Shown here: positions 1 through 12,358 of the stretch, piece by piece
How the letters are laid out: each line of letters starts with the position of its first letter
Position numbering within the stretch: the stretch's first letter is position 1
Source of the DNA: the human T2T-CHM13v2.0 reference genome, Homo sapiens
Length of the DNA: 64,000 bases
Reading direction: 5' to 3' (one strand)
Assembly (NCBI RefSeq): GCF_009914755.1
Contig: NC_060926.1
The notes under the pieces: generated by a model
Databases searched by the model: none
Seen by the model: only the letters and a program-made list of their open reading frames with translations
Told to the model about the DNA's origin: nothing
Made by a program: the position numbers and the translations under genes

Positions 1-24
1 AGGTGTGAGCCACCACATCTGGCC
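1..24 (-). mobile_element. Alu 5' end (cut by window edge)
   Basis: aggtgtgagccaccacatctggcc is the reverse complement of the Alu head. Confidence 0.8.
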
Positions 25-872
25 TTGCAATGACTCTGCTTTAACTGCTCCAAACTAGTTACAAGAAGGCCTCTTTCAAAGATACACACTTCAATAAGCA
101 GACTAATAGTTCCCATCATTTCTTGAGTTTTCTTCCCTCAAAGTAGGGCAGACAGGAACGAGAAACTGAATTGGAATTGTATGGGTACCCACACAATGAG
201 AAAGATCACAAGGTAGAGAGATTAAAGGAAAATAATAATATATTAATATTAAGACTACCATTTATTTGTCAAAGAAACAGCTACTTCTTTGCAACCAAAA
301 TCTGTTGTAGTTTTCTAAGCATGTATAGCAAGACCACGAAAATCATAAGGTACCTAAACTGAAATTAACATTTTTGTTTTAGTAAGGGATAACAAAGAAA
401 AGAAATAAGAGAGCTACAGTGATTTAGCAGAGAAAAATTAACTCCTATTTAAATGCCCAAGGAATAAGTGTGTAGCTTTTTATTTAAAGATGGCATGAGA
501 AATGGGGACTATACTCCCCAGGAACAGTCATCCAGAGGTACTGGTTCTGAAGCTTTAGGGTGCATAACATTCCTGAGTCCCACTTCTAGACAGGGCACTT
601 AATGTGATTCTGATGCAGGGAGTCTCTGCCGAGCATACTTTGGCCATGTGTAAATAGTTCTATTTTTATAAGGTAACACATTTAGTACTCATTAAAACAA
701 ACAGAAATGAGAAGACAAGTGTGAGTATTAGAGAAATAGGGAAAAAAGATGGGTTTGTATCACCAGTTTCATTAGAGTATATATGTGTCATTTCCACAAA
801 TAATTAGCTAGTAAGTCTCTTTTCTCTTATTTAAAATGTTTTATTACTTACAAATTTTTTAAATTTAAAACA

Positions 873-1009
873 TTTTTTTAAATGAGTCAGGGTCTCACTT
901 TGTCACCTACGCTGGAGTGCAATGGTGCTTTCATAGCTCACTGCAGCCTTGAACTCCTGGGCTCAAGCGATTCTCCTGCCTCAGCCTTCAACTAGTTGGG
1001 ACTATAAGC
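873..1009 (-). mobile_element. Alu right-arm fragment (AluJ-like)
   Basis: ggtctcactttgtcacc..ctcactgcagccttgaactcctgggctcaagcgattctcctgcctcagcc. Confidence 0.85.
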
Positions 1010-1149
1010 TAAAACATTTTAAAAGTTAGTCTTCTTAGGTTTATCAAAAAGTGATCAAAGAACAGCTTATTAATTTTCCCCCATCCAATCTGGGAAAACT
1101 TTTCAGAACCTTATCCTTGAACCTTCATTTCACTGTATATTTATTTCTT

Positions 1150-1700
1150 TTAGTAACAAAACAAATACATATTCAAGGCTATGATGTACCAGGCATAGTT
1201 GCTCAAGTCTCTGGGGATACAAGGGTGTGAGAAACAGACACCAGCTCTGCCTAGTGAGAACTAGAAGAAGAGAATCAACAAACAATTTAAATAAATATTT
1301 TGAGTGATAAATACCATAAGTAAAACAGAATAACTGGATAGACAATGTGTGGTGGGGAGTGGGGTGGGGTTTTGCTTTACATGTAGTCAGCAGGTAAGAC
1401 ATTTCTGAGCTGAGACCTAAGGGAGAGCAAGAGCCAATCACCCAAGGACATAAGAGAAGAGCCTTTCAAGACGGGAAACAGCAAAGGAAAAAGCCACCAG
1501 CTAGAAGTGGGTTGAGTGTGTTCCAAAATGAAAAGGTCAGCAGACCAGTTAGAGCATAGTGAACCAGGGAGACAGTGATAGGAAATAAGCATGGATGAAC
1601 TGGTGGAGGTCAGATCACACAGCTCTTATAAGTCATGGCAAGGACTTTATTCCCACTGGGATAGAACACTAGTGGAGGGAGTGATGACATTTGATGTATA
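1150..1700 (-). mobile_element. L2 3' fragment
   Basis: aacaaatacatattcaag..tgtaccaggca..ctggggataca..tgagctgagacctaag resembles the antisense L2 3' end. Confidence 0.65.
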
Positions 1701-1709
1701 CTTCCCCCT

Positions 1710-2365
1710 CATTTTTTTATTGTGGTAAAATACACATAACATAAAATTTACTATCTTAACCATTTTAAAGTGTATGGTTCAGTGATATTAAATACATTCA
1801 TAATGTTGTGCAAACATCAGTGCTATCCATCCTATAAAACTGAAATTCTATACCTATTAAACACTAACTTCCCATCCCTCCTTCCATGCTAGCCACTGGC
1901 AACAATCATTCTACTTCGGTCTATAATTCTGATGAGTCTAAGTACCTCAAATAAGTGGAATCATACAGTACAGTATTTGTCCTTTTGCATCTGGTTTACT
2001 TCACTTTGTATAATAATGTCCTCAAGGTTCATCCATGCTGTAGCAAATATCAGAATTTCCTTCCTTTTTAAAGCTGGATAATACTAACATGTATTTATGT
2101 ATGTGTACACATGTGCCTCCCCATGTATTTTGCTTATCCAGTTATCTGTTGATAGACACTTTGGTTGTGTCTACATTTCAGCCATTGTGAACAATGCTGC
2201 TATGAGTATGGGTATACAGATACCTCTTTGAGACACTGCTTTCAATTTTGGGTGGTATATACCCAGAAGTAGAATTGCAGAATCAAATGGTAATTCAATT
2301 TTTAATTTTTTGAGGAACTGCCATACTGTTTTCCACAGTGGCAGTATCATTTACTATTCCCTAAC
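1710..2365 (-). mobile_element. L1M (L1MB-like) 3' end
   Basis: ttttttattgtggtaaaatacacataacataaaattt..agtggaatcatacagta..tttttgaggaactgccatactgttttccacagtggc. Confidence 0.85.
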
Positions 2366-3328
2366 ATGTGATACTTTCAAACCATAAAAAATCAGATATG
2401 TTTTTAAAGGCTATTTTGGTTGTTGTGGTAAGAATAACTTGTACGACAGTTGGGATAAAACTCATTCAACCTTGAATTGTTTTATTCTTTTCTTAACAGG
2501 CTGTATATTTTAGTCTTAGTTTAATTATTTAATTAAAATATCAATATTTATTCTAAATGTATATGCAGACTATATGAGGGGACTGGACTTAATCAATGAC
2601 TTTCAATGAGAATGGCTGAGATAAGTACCCCACCTCCCATGGGAGGTATCAAAATTAGCTGAACTTTTTTTTCAAACTACATGTGAAAAGAATGAATGAA
2701 GCAACTTTTTAAAAAAGTTTTGAAAACTGAAGAAATACTGGGTGAAAAAGTATAGGATTTTCTTCTTTAGTTCCAATGCCCTTTATCTCCATTTTACTTG
2801 AGCAACCCACTCCCACAAACCCATGCTGAACCACATATCATCTGAAAGTGCTGTTCTTTTGAAATCATAAGTTCTAGTATGCCTCACTTGAATAGACAAT
2901 CTCTCTATAATGTTATTTCTGCTTAGTTGCCTTAGACACTACTATGGTACCTCAGAATCTATCTCTAAAACTGGGTAGAAAGAGGTGCCTCTTTGAGTTT
3001 TCAGTATGTTCTCCTAGTAACAGTTTTTAGTATGACAGCACTGATTCTGTTTAGGAATGTCAATGTAGATTCCTCATTAGAACTAAGTACAGGAACTGTG
3101 TCATATTCATGCCTCCAAGATCTTGTACAATGCCTTACACATTGTAGAGGCAACAAAGATTTTACTTGATTTTAGCACTACTTCTTAAGAGGTAGGATAG
3201 CATAAGGGTTAAAAGCATGGGCATTTAACTTTTGGAAGCACATATAAAAATGCATCCAATGATATGATGTCTGGGATTTGGTTCAAAATAATATGGGAAT
3301 CAGAAATGGATGGTTTCAGTCAGTGTCT

Positions 3329-4161
3329 GGCATCAGAGAAACTGGCAGTAGCTCAGAGATAGGACCTTAGCGCTTACACCGAGACTGCCATTGAAACAAA
3401 TCCTATGGGAGAAGAGCCAAGAGCAGGTACAGAACAACAGGTGGAGAGTATGACACTGATACCTGTGTCCCTGGGAGGAAACAATTAAGAATCTTTTATC
3501 ATGTTTGCTTCAGTGCTCAGTGGTGTAGGTTGAAAGGGAAAGAAAATGGTTGTCTTGGGGCCTATGTACAGTACTTTTGCATTTTTGTGATGGGTACCGT
3601 CAAGCTTCTTAGCATTACCAGATGGCCTTCCCCCAAGTCTTCATATAAGCATGTTATACTCTGGAAAATGTTTTCTATTGAGAAGGAAATTTAAAGATTT
3701 ACAGGAAATATATCTATGAAATATGCTCAGCAAAAGAAAATAAATGTATTTGTTCAGTTCTGTTTCATTTGTTCCAGAAAATATATGGAGCTTGATGCTG
3801 TCTTGAAAAAGGATAAAGAAAGTTTGACAAAGTAGTTCTTAGGATTAAAAATTGGTGTATAAGAGGCAGTAGTTCAGATTTAAAGTTTGGATCAATGTCA
3901 TGTGCAGTCAGTGACTACCCATATCTTGCTATTCTTGTTGTGATGTATCAGAAGCTTCCTGTCACAATATTACAGCTGAGATGGTGAAGAACATCATGTG
4001 TGTAGGATCACAAACTTTTGACTCTCTTCCACTGGAAAACCAGGCCCTGAAAGCAGTTTTTATAAAACACAGAAGAGAAGACACAACTCTTATCTTTGTT
4101 TCCCAAATGTTTGCAGTTGATGACAAGGCTTTAACTGGGACCTCTCACTCAAGAAGAAATT
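3329..4161 (+). pseudogene. Degenerate intronless retrocopy of part of EFL1 (EFTUD1, elongation factor-like GTPase 1), circularly permuted
   Basis: 3329-3730 translates with frameshifts/stops to HxEKLAVAQ..GEEPRAGTEQQVESMT..ESFIMFASVLSGV..KKMVVLGPMYS..PDGLP..LEN..QEI..NML. 3731-4161 gives [86 protein letters not shown]. Both match the EFL1 protein as I recall it, but in swapped order. Confidence 0.85.
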
Positions 4162-4420
4162 AAAAATTGGAGCAGACTAAATCCACTGATAAGAGTGTTC
4201 TAATACATAATATGCTAGATCATATAGTTAGAGGCTTCTCAGCTTACTTAGTTAGATAAATGAAACCTGGACTCAATGATGACCTACATTTTATAAAATT
4301 GAGATGTCACAGCTTCTGACATAATGTGGAAGAGGGAATCCAAAAGTGCAGAGTGATCAGAATGTAGAAGTGAATTTACCACCTGCAAGCTGCATACCCA
4401 CCCTACTCCTGGAACCAATG
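4162..4420 (+). mobile_element. ERVL internal (gag) fragment
   Basis: gaaacctggac..cctaca..ttgagatg..ataatgtggaagagggaatccaaa..gaatgtagaagtgaattt resembles the ERVL gag motif ETW..WPT..EMP..W.NVEEGIQRL..GMLEWI. Confidence 0.7.
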
Positions 4421-4424
4421 ATAA

Positions 4425-5492
4425 GAGCCAACAAGATCTACTCAGGAGGAAGAAATCGCATTAACAATCTGAACAGGAAAAATTTAACATAAAGAATTAT
4501 TGATTAATAACAGAAGATTAACTACTAAGAGGAATAAAGTGACCTCTAAATAATACAGGAAAAGGAGATGTAGGGAATATGTACTTTTTGTAGGGCTAAG
4601 GTAGAGTAATGAAATAAAGATAACCTTTGAAAAGGGACTTTTTCCCCCAACCCCTTCATTCACCCAAGGCTAAGTTTCAGACTTTGTGGGAGAGGATGTG
4701 GCTATTGCCCACTGGATGGCAGAGAAACTCAATGAGGTATCACAGTCAAGGCTGACACACACAAAACACTGCTTGCTAAGATACCAGAAAAACATGGCTG
4801 GGAACCTGTCAGCTACAGTGGCAGTAAAATTAGTTTGAAAGCCACCTACTTTTCAAAACTTGCTAGTAAACTGCCTGCTGAGATGCCAATGAAACTCACT
4901 AGACAGTGTATACTACTGGGTCTCCTGACCACCACTGGATCTCCTGGATACCACCAGTAGAGAAGCTGTCAGCCAGCAAGCAAGCCACCCATTGGCAGCC
5001 ACAGCGTAAGAAAAAGAAGAAAACACTAGAACCAGAAAAAGAAGTCCCAGCCACATGTGGTGGTTCATGCCTGCAATCCCAGCACTTTGGGAGGCTGAGG
5101 CGGTGGATCCCTTGAGCTCAGGTGTTCAAGACCAGCCTTGGCAACATAGTGAGATCCCATCTCTGCAAAAAATGTAAAAATTACCTCGGTGTGGTAGCAT
5201 GCACCTGTAGTCCCAGCTTCTAGGGAAGCTAAGGTGGGAGGATAACTTAAGCCCGGGAGGTGGAAGTTGCAGTGAGCTGAGATTCTGCCACTACACTCCA
5301 GCCAGTGCAACAGAGCCAGACTCTGTCAAAGGAGAAGAAGAAAGAAAAAAGAAGAAAGAAGAAGAAAAAGAAGTAACATCTTCTTCCAGTGTTCTTCCAG
5401 GACCTTCTACTAACAAGGACTAACACTGCAAGAAGTGGCAAAGAAGAAAAGAGTGATTGAGAGCTGAGAGGCAATAAATTGATAACTTGCAA
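4425..5492 (-). mobile_element. ERVL-class LTR (LTR33/LTR41-like), interrupted by an Alu
   Basis: Right end gagctgagaggcaataaattgataacttgca is the reverse complement of an LTR33-type 5' start; left end aacaggaaaaatttaacataaagaattatt resembles its 3' end. Confidence 0.6.
5048..5373 (+). mobile_element. Alu (J/S) with GAA-rich tail, inserted in the LTR
   Basis: Dimeric Alu; agaaaaagaagt is repeated on both sides (TSD-like). Confidence 0.9.
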
Positions 5493-5494
5493 AG

Positions 5495-5615
5495 TTGGGG
5501 ATATACATGAAATAAAACTGGCCATGATGCGACAACTGTTGAAGCTGAATAATAGGTACAAATGGTCATTCTGTCTACTTTGTATATTTGAAAGTTTCCA
5601 TAATAAAAGGTTTTC
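5495..5615 (+). mobile_element. L1M (L1MD/ME-like) 3' end; probable partner fragment at ~3250-3315
   Basis: gatatacatgaaataaaactggccatga..gttgaagctg..tttccataataaaa; the upstream piece is tgatatgatgtctgggatttggttcaaaataat. Confidence 0.6.
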
Positions 5616-5639
5616 TTATTCACTCTTTTCTAATGCACA

Positions 5640-5832
5640 GGAGTTAACCCACTTGCTTTCAAATCCTGGCTCAGTCACTTAGTGGCTAATTATTTTGGTG
5701 CTTTGCTTCTCCATTTGTAATAACAGTAGCTACTTCATTTCGGATACAGGGAAGAGTTAAAAGTTATATGAAAAGCAATTAGAGCAGAGCTGATATGCAG
5801 TGAATTCTCAATACATTTTATCTATTATTACT
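5640..5832 (+). mobile_element. MIR (head fragment at ~3190-3224)
   Basis: ttcaaatcctggctcagtcacttag..ttctccatttgtaa..ctcaatacattttatctattattact. Confidence 0.65.
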
Positions 5833-5997
5833 ATTTGTATTATTTATACTGGTACTGACACCATAAATCACGTATCTATAAAAATAAAAGTTGGTAATTC
5901 ATAAGAAATTAAACCATAGATTCTGTTGATTTGACCTTCAGAATGCTCATCTTATATATAGATCTGTTATATATTAGTCCTTCCAAGTACAACTTAC

Positions 5998-6191
5998 CTT
6001 ATCTTTGATTTTGTCAACTCTAGCATCCAAAGGCTGGTTTTTGCTTTGTTCCTGATTACATTTTCGATTTCCTCCACCTGAGCTTGTACTTTTAGTTTGT
6101 CCCATGGAACTTGAAGCAGTAGTGGATAGTACAGATGTGTTGATACCAATTACAGATGATGTATTACTTCCATTTATTGACCCATTTACAC
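5998..6191 (-). CDS. BAZ2B: BAZ2B coding exon (G)VNGSINGSNTSS...ARVDKIKDK, 194 nt, phase 1-0
   Basis: Acceptor ttttattttcaag|GTGTAAAT, donor GATAAG|gtaagt; lies in ORF 5974..6222. Confidence 0.95.
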
Positions 6192-6214
6192 CTTGAAAAT
6201 AAAAATAAACATGT

Positions 6215-6585
6215 TTATACAATGGAATATTATTGCATCATTTAAAAATGAAGTACAGATATATGTACAGTTGGATGAACTTGAAAATATGATAAGTGAA
6301 AGAAGACAGAAAAGGTCATGTTGTATGATTCCATCTACATGAAATATTCAGAGCAGGTAAACCTACAGGGACAAAGTGAAAACTGATCGCTTCCAGGGCT
6401 GAGAGAGAGGGGAATGGGAGGCAACTGCTTAATGGGTACAAAGTTTCCTTTTGCAGTGATAAAAATGTTTCAGAACAAGATAGAGGTGGTGGTTGTACAA
6501 CACTGCAAATGCATTAAATACCAGTAAATTATTCACTTTAAGATGGTTAATATTATGTTAAGTGAATTTCACCTCAATTAAACAA
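6215..6585 (+). mobile_element. L1MB/MC 3' end
   Basis: tatacaatggaatattatt..ggatgaacttgaaaat..aatgggtacaaagtttccttttg..gaatttcacctcaattaaa. Confidence 0.8.
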
Positions 6586-7046
6586 AATGTTTAGAAAGAT
6601 AATGAAATGCAAAACTTTGTGTTTTAATTGTAAAACACATTAGAGAACTTTGTAAAACACTTCAGTGAAAAGAAAGATAGTAAATCATCTAAAATGTTGT
6701 TATAATTTTCAAATTATATTCTAACAAGTTATTAATTGCAGAAATATTAGTGATCATTTAAAAAAGTACTAGGTTATTAATTTTAATGAAGTTAATACTT
6801 AATTACAAAAGAAGTAACACACTATATTGGGTTACATATAGGGAGGTAATGAAATACAGAGGAAAAAACAGTAGAATTGGGCTAAAATCCTGACTAGGCC
6901 ACATCCATATGTAAGTAGTATTTTCTTGAACAACTTATTTGACCTTGGCTGTAAAATTAAAATACTTCTAATCTCAAAGAATTATTTTAAGAATTAAGCA
7001 AGAAAATGTGAAAAGGTCTAGCATAACACTATAAAACTGTTATTAA

Positions 7047-7380
7047 GGCCGGGTGTGGTGGCCTACGCTTGTGATCCCAGCGCTTTTGGAGGCTGAGGTG
7101 TGAGTATTGCTTGAGGCCAGAAGGTGGCCAGAAGTTTGAGACTGCTGGAAACACAGAGACCCTGTTGCTACAAAAAATAAAAATAAAATTTAAACACGTA
7201 GCTGGGCATAGTGGTACATGACTGTAGTCCTTGGGAGGCTGAGGCAGGAGGATTGCTTGAGCCCAGGAGGACGAGGCTACAGTAAGCTATGATCATACAA
7301 CTGTACTCCAGCCTGGGCAAAAGAGTGAGACCTTGTCTCTATTAAAACAAACAAACAAACAAAAACAAAAAACAAAAAAA
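7047..7380 (+). mobile_element. AluJ-like
   Basis: ggccgggtgtggtggc..A-rich tail. Confidence 0.9.
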
Positions 7381-7457
7381 GGTATTAAACCTGAACATTA
7401 TGAAAATAATATTAGAATGGAAGATTTATAGTACTTCACTTATGTAAATGTGGATAC

Positions 7458-7625
7458 CTTTTTCGGGACCATTTCGATTACTTTTTCCCGAAGTCCTTGA
7501 ATGGAATGAAGAAGAATCATGATTCTGGGCTGGGGGAGCAAATAGTGGTGGAATTCCCAGTAATGGTGGAAAGAAGGTTGCTCCTGTACGAGTATGAGCA
7601 TCAGTTGTTCGCCACCATTCTGCAC
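7458..7625 (-). CDS. BAZ2B: BAZ2B coding exon (G)AEWWRTTDAH...SNRNGPEK, 168 nt, phase 1-1
   Basis: Acceptor tttggttttgag|GTGCAGAATGGTGG, donor AAAG|gtatcc; open frame continuous with both neighbouring exons. Confidence 0.92.
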
Positions 7626-9103
7626 CTCAAAACCAAACAAACCAACCAAACAAAAATATATAAATTAACTTTCCAGTTAACGTCACAATGGCTTTCTATG
7701 TTTTATTTAAAAAAATTTCAAGTTTCATCTTGGAACAAAACTGAATTACTCATACTTCTGATCATTTTCCTAATTCTAAACAGTAGAACTTGTACACTTA
7801 TCACTCTTCTCATTAGGTCAGTATCTAAGGATCTTCACTTGGCAGCTTTGTAGAGTTCAAACTTGTAAAGGACAAAGGTAGTCCATAGTTTAAAAAATGA
7901 AAGTGAAAACTTGGAATATAAAAGAAGTATTTCACTCTTTGATGACTTATCCCATAACTTTTCTCATCTGTTTCAAACCCTTAGAATTTAAGTTTACATC
8001 TACAACCTATGTTAAGACTTTCCTCAAATTACATACAATATAAATCTGGCTCTGATAAATCAGTTAGTCTAAATAATAATATAAGACTACTGTAATCCAC
8101 TATATCTCAAGTACATTTATGGAAGAAAACTTCTATACTTAAAGATAACCATAAATATAGCAAAATCAGTAGGCCTTTTTATGTTCTAAAAAATAAGTTC
8201 TCAAAGGAGATTTCAAAAACAAGTAATTTCACATTAAAATATTAAAGATTTATAAAGCCTCTCCCCTTAAAGTTAATGATGAAAGCCTGAATTTTGTTTT
8301 TACTTCCACTCATTAATTACAGATAACAATGATTGTTTTATTGATATAAAATGACCAGTGGTAGAAAATCATTCAATAAAAGGTAAATACTTAAATAGTG
8401 TCTCTTAAAGTTTTAGAAAAGGAAATAAGCCAAATTTTATACATTTTTCAAGGAAGGATGAAGTAATCTTATATTGACCCATCTAAAATCTCAAAAACAA
8501 TCTTCTCCAACTGGCTAGTCTGCTAGATTACCAAATCAGTTATTATCTTTCAGACCAATCTCCCAAAAGATATGGGGTATTTTTCATTGACTGTGACAAC
8601 CATAAGAACATTAGAGGAAAAAAACCCACAACAATACAGTATGGGAGAAACTCAAAATTGTCAGTCTTTATATTATATAATATTAAAAACTTTTCTAGGA
8701 ATATCCTTCATTAAAAATAGAATGTAAAATGGTATGCACCTTCATTATCTAATGGCAAAATCTGGTTTAAAAGAAAAGTGAAATTTTCATGGTAGCTGCC
8801 AGTCTCAAAGGTCTAAAAAACAGTATAAGTAGAAAACTGCAAAAGCTATTCTTCTGCACTGCAGGAAGGCATTACTAGTAAAATGACACCAATGTATATT
8901 CAGCCATGCCTGAACAATGGGAACTGAACCAAGAATAACTATACAAAAGCATTGATCATTTATCCACTGTTTAGATGAAAGATGTACATTTAGATAGGAA
9001 GAAAAAGTATGTGTTTTGGGCTTGTATCAGCACAGTCACAATCTTGTTATTTATAAGTTTGAAAGCTAAGTTCTACCTAGCTGATAAAAAGTTACTGTAC
9101 TGA

Positions 9104-9239
9104 GGACCAGGCACAGTGGTTCACACTTGTAATCCCAGAGCTTTGGGAGGCTGAGGTGAAAGGTTCATTTGAGGCCAGGAATTTGAGATCAGCCTTGGGC
9201 AACAGAGAGAGACCCTGTTGCTATAAAAAATTTTAAAAA
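9104..9239 (+). mobile_element. Alu left monomer/FLAM
   Basis: ccaggcacagtggttcacacttgtaatcccag..gaccctgttgctataaaaaa. Confidence 0.8.
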
Positions 9240-9427
9240 GCAGGGAGGGACTGAGGTTTCCCAAAGATATTTATATAATTTAACACAGAGTCTGTAATTA
9301 AAGTGGAATTCATAGACTTTGTAAACAACCAAAAAATTGCTAAGGTAATCAAAGTGTAATAAGACTCAAATATTTTAGACATAATCAAACTCAGAAAAAA
9401 AATTTTAAAAAGTATTGGAGAATGTCA

Positions 9428-9706
<279 letters not shown>

Positions 9707-9943
9707 TTAAATAAAAAGATGTGAATGGTAGAGCTTCTGACTATAAACTTTACAAATGTCTGATACTATTTCATAGGAAATAATTTTTGTTAAGTGACAA
9801 GCTTGTCTTCTAAATTTAGGAAAATAAACAAAATTTAGTCACAAACCAGCTTGTTGACAAAATGAAAAATACAAAATAAGGATTATATAAATCAGCATAT
9901 GGTAAATTTCTAAGTATATTCAAAAGAAAGAACAGCATAGTAG

Positions 9944-10288
<345 letters not shown>

Positions 10289-11519
10289 TAACAGATCTCA
10301 ATTTGAACCTAGAAGATTTAGCAGAATTTAAAAATCGTTCATACTTGATAGAGCCAAAAATACTTCGCAAAAATTCATGGTAATTTAATATGAAAATTAA
10401 CTACAAAAAAGTACAAATATTTTTTAAATTATCATGAAATACTATTTCAATATAAAATGGAAATAATTTTATTATGCTAATACCCATTAAATAAATTTAC
10501 ATTTATTGATTTAATCTGAAATGCATAATACTTTAGAAAGTGCATAAAATATAAAAAATTATTCCTCATTAAAAACTCCTAGTAATATCTTCCTGTTGTG
10601 TCCTCATTTATTTACTGGGCAATTTAAAAGTCTGGCAATTTGGTTACCCTTCTGAATAAAGCCAATTATAGAAAATTTATATTTAAGTTACTGTAGGAAA
10701 TCTGCAAATTAAACAAAATGAATCTTTGAAAACTAGGCATAGTCTCTGCCCATTTGGCAAAAAGTATGCTCATCTAGGCATACTTTTATCACTAAAGACT
10801 CTGTCTTGTAATTGTCTGTTCATCTATCTCCTAAAAACTGTAAGCAACATATAATATACTATGTTTATTCTTCTGTTTCTGGCCTTGTGTGCAGAGCATA
10901 GTAGATGTCCAAAGAATTTTGTACCTTAAATGAATAAGTGAATACTTTATTTTGGCTGGGGGAGCTATCAAATTTTTTTCTATATAGTAGAAGTATCAAC
11001 ATTATTGAACTCCAGATGAGTAATTTTTTAAATGTGTTAACCATCATTCTAGTACAAAAGACATTTGATTTTAATAATATAGTATTTACATTGTGGCTTA
11101 GAAATGTTCAAAAGCAACAGTGTAATAAAGCATGATAAAACAATAAAAATATTTAAGATATCACTATCTATATTGTTTTTATCTATTTTGATATTTATTC
11201 AGCAATCTTGTATTTCAGTAAATATCTGTGGAATGCTCATCTTGCTAAACAACCATGCTAGAAACTGAATAAATTCCTATTAATATTTTTGAAGGAAATG
11301 TTAAAACTTGGTTTAAGACTTCTTTAACTGTCCACTCACATTACTCCTCCTTAGCATCCCTGCTTCCCAGACAACTGAATTAAAGAAGTAATATGACTCA
11401 AGAAACAGTACTTGAAACACACATTTAACCATCTATCCTTTCTACACGTAGTTTTAAAAACACTTCTTTCCTTTTAAGGAAGGATTTGATAAATTATTAA
11501 CCATTAAAGTGGGCAAAAT

Positions 11520-11770
11520 GAAATAATAATGATAGTTACCAATTATGGACTAATTATGTGCACCAGATACTGTACTCAGCACTACATATGACTTAACTCC
11601 TTTAATCCTCACAAGAACCCTGTAAGTCAGATACTATTATTATGATTCTCGTTTTTCAGATGAGAAAACTGAGGCTAAGAGGTCAGATAATTTGTTCAAG
11701 GTCACACAGCTATGAACTAACAAAGCCAGATTTAAATTCAGGCCTATTTGTCTCTAGAATTATGCTATAA
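11520..11770 (-). mobile_element. MIR
   Basis: tttaatcctcacaagaaccctgtaag..tttttcagatgagaaaactgaggct..aaggtcacacagcta. Confidence 0.85.
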
Positions 11771-11953
11771 CGTTTTAAATTATCTTACATACACTAAAAC
11801 ATGCAGACCTCACTAAAATTTATTAAAGCCAAATTAATCTATAGAAAATACATACAAATTTAGGCTTTCAAGATAATATAACAAATTGAAGCATGTTTGT
11901 TGAAAGTTTTAATTAACTGATGTCTTACTGAACTACTAAATCCTCATTATCTA

Positions 11954-12358
<405 letters not shown>

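Noticed and set aside
3981-4163. 60-aa ORF as a functional small protein
   Set aside because: A surviving frame of the decayed EFL1 copy, surrounded by stops and frameshifts.
7497-7853. 118-aa plus-strand ORF, and similar ones at 12767-12991 and 37801-38025
   Set aside because: Antisense shadows of real BAZ2B exons.
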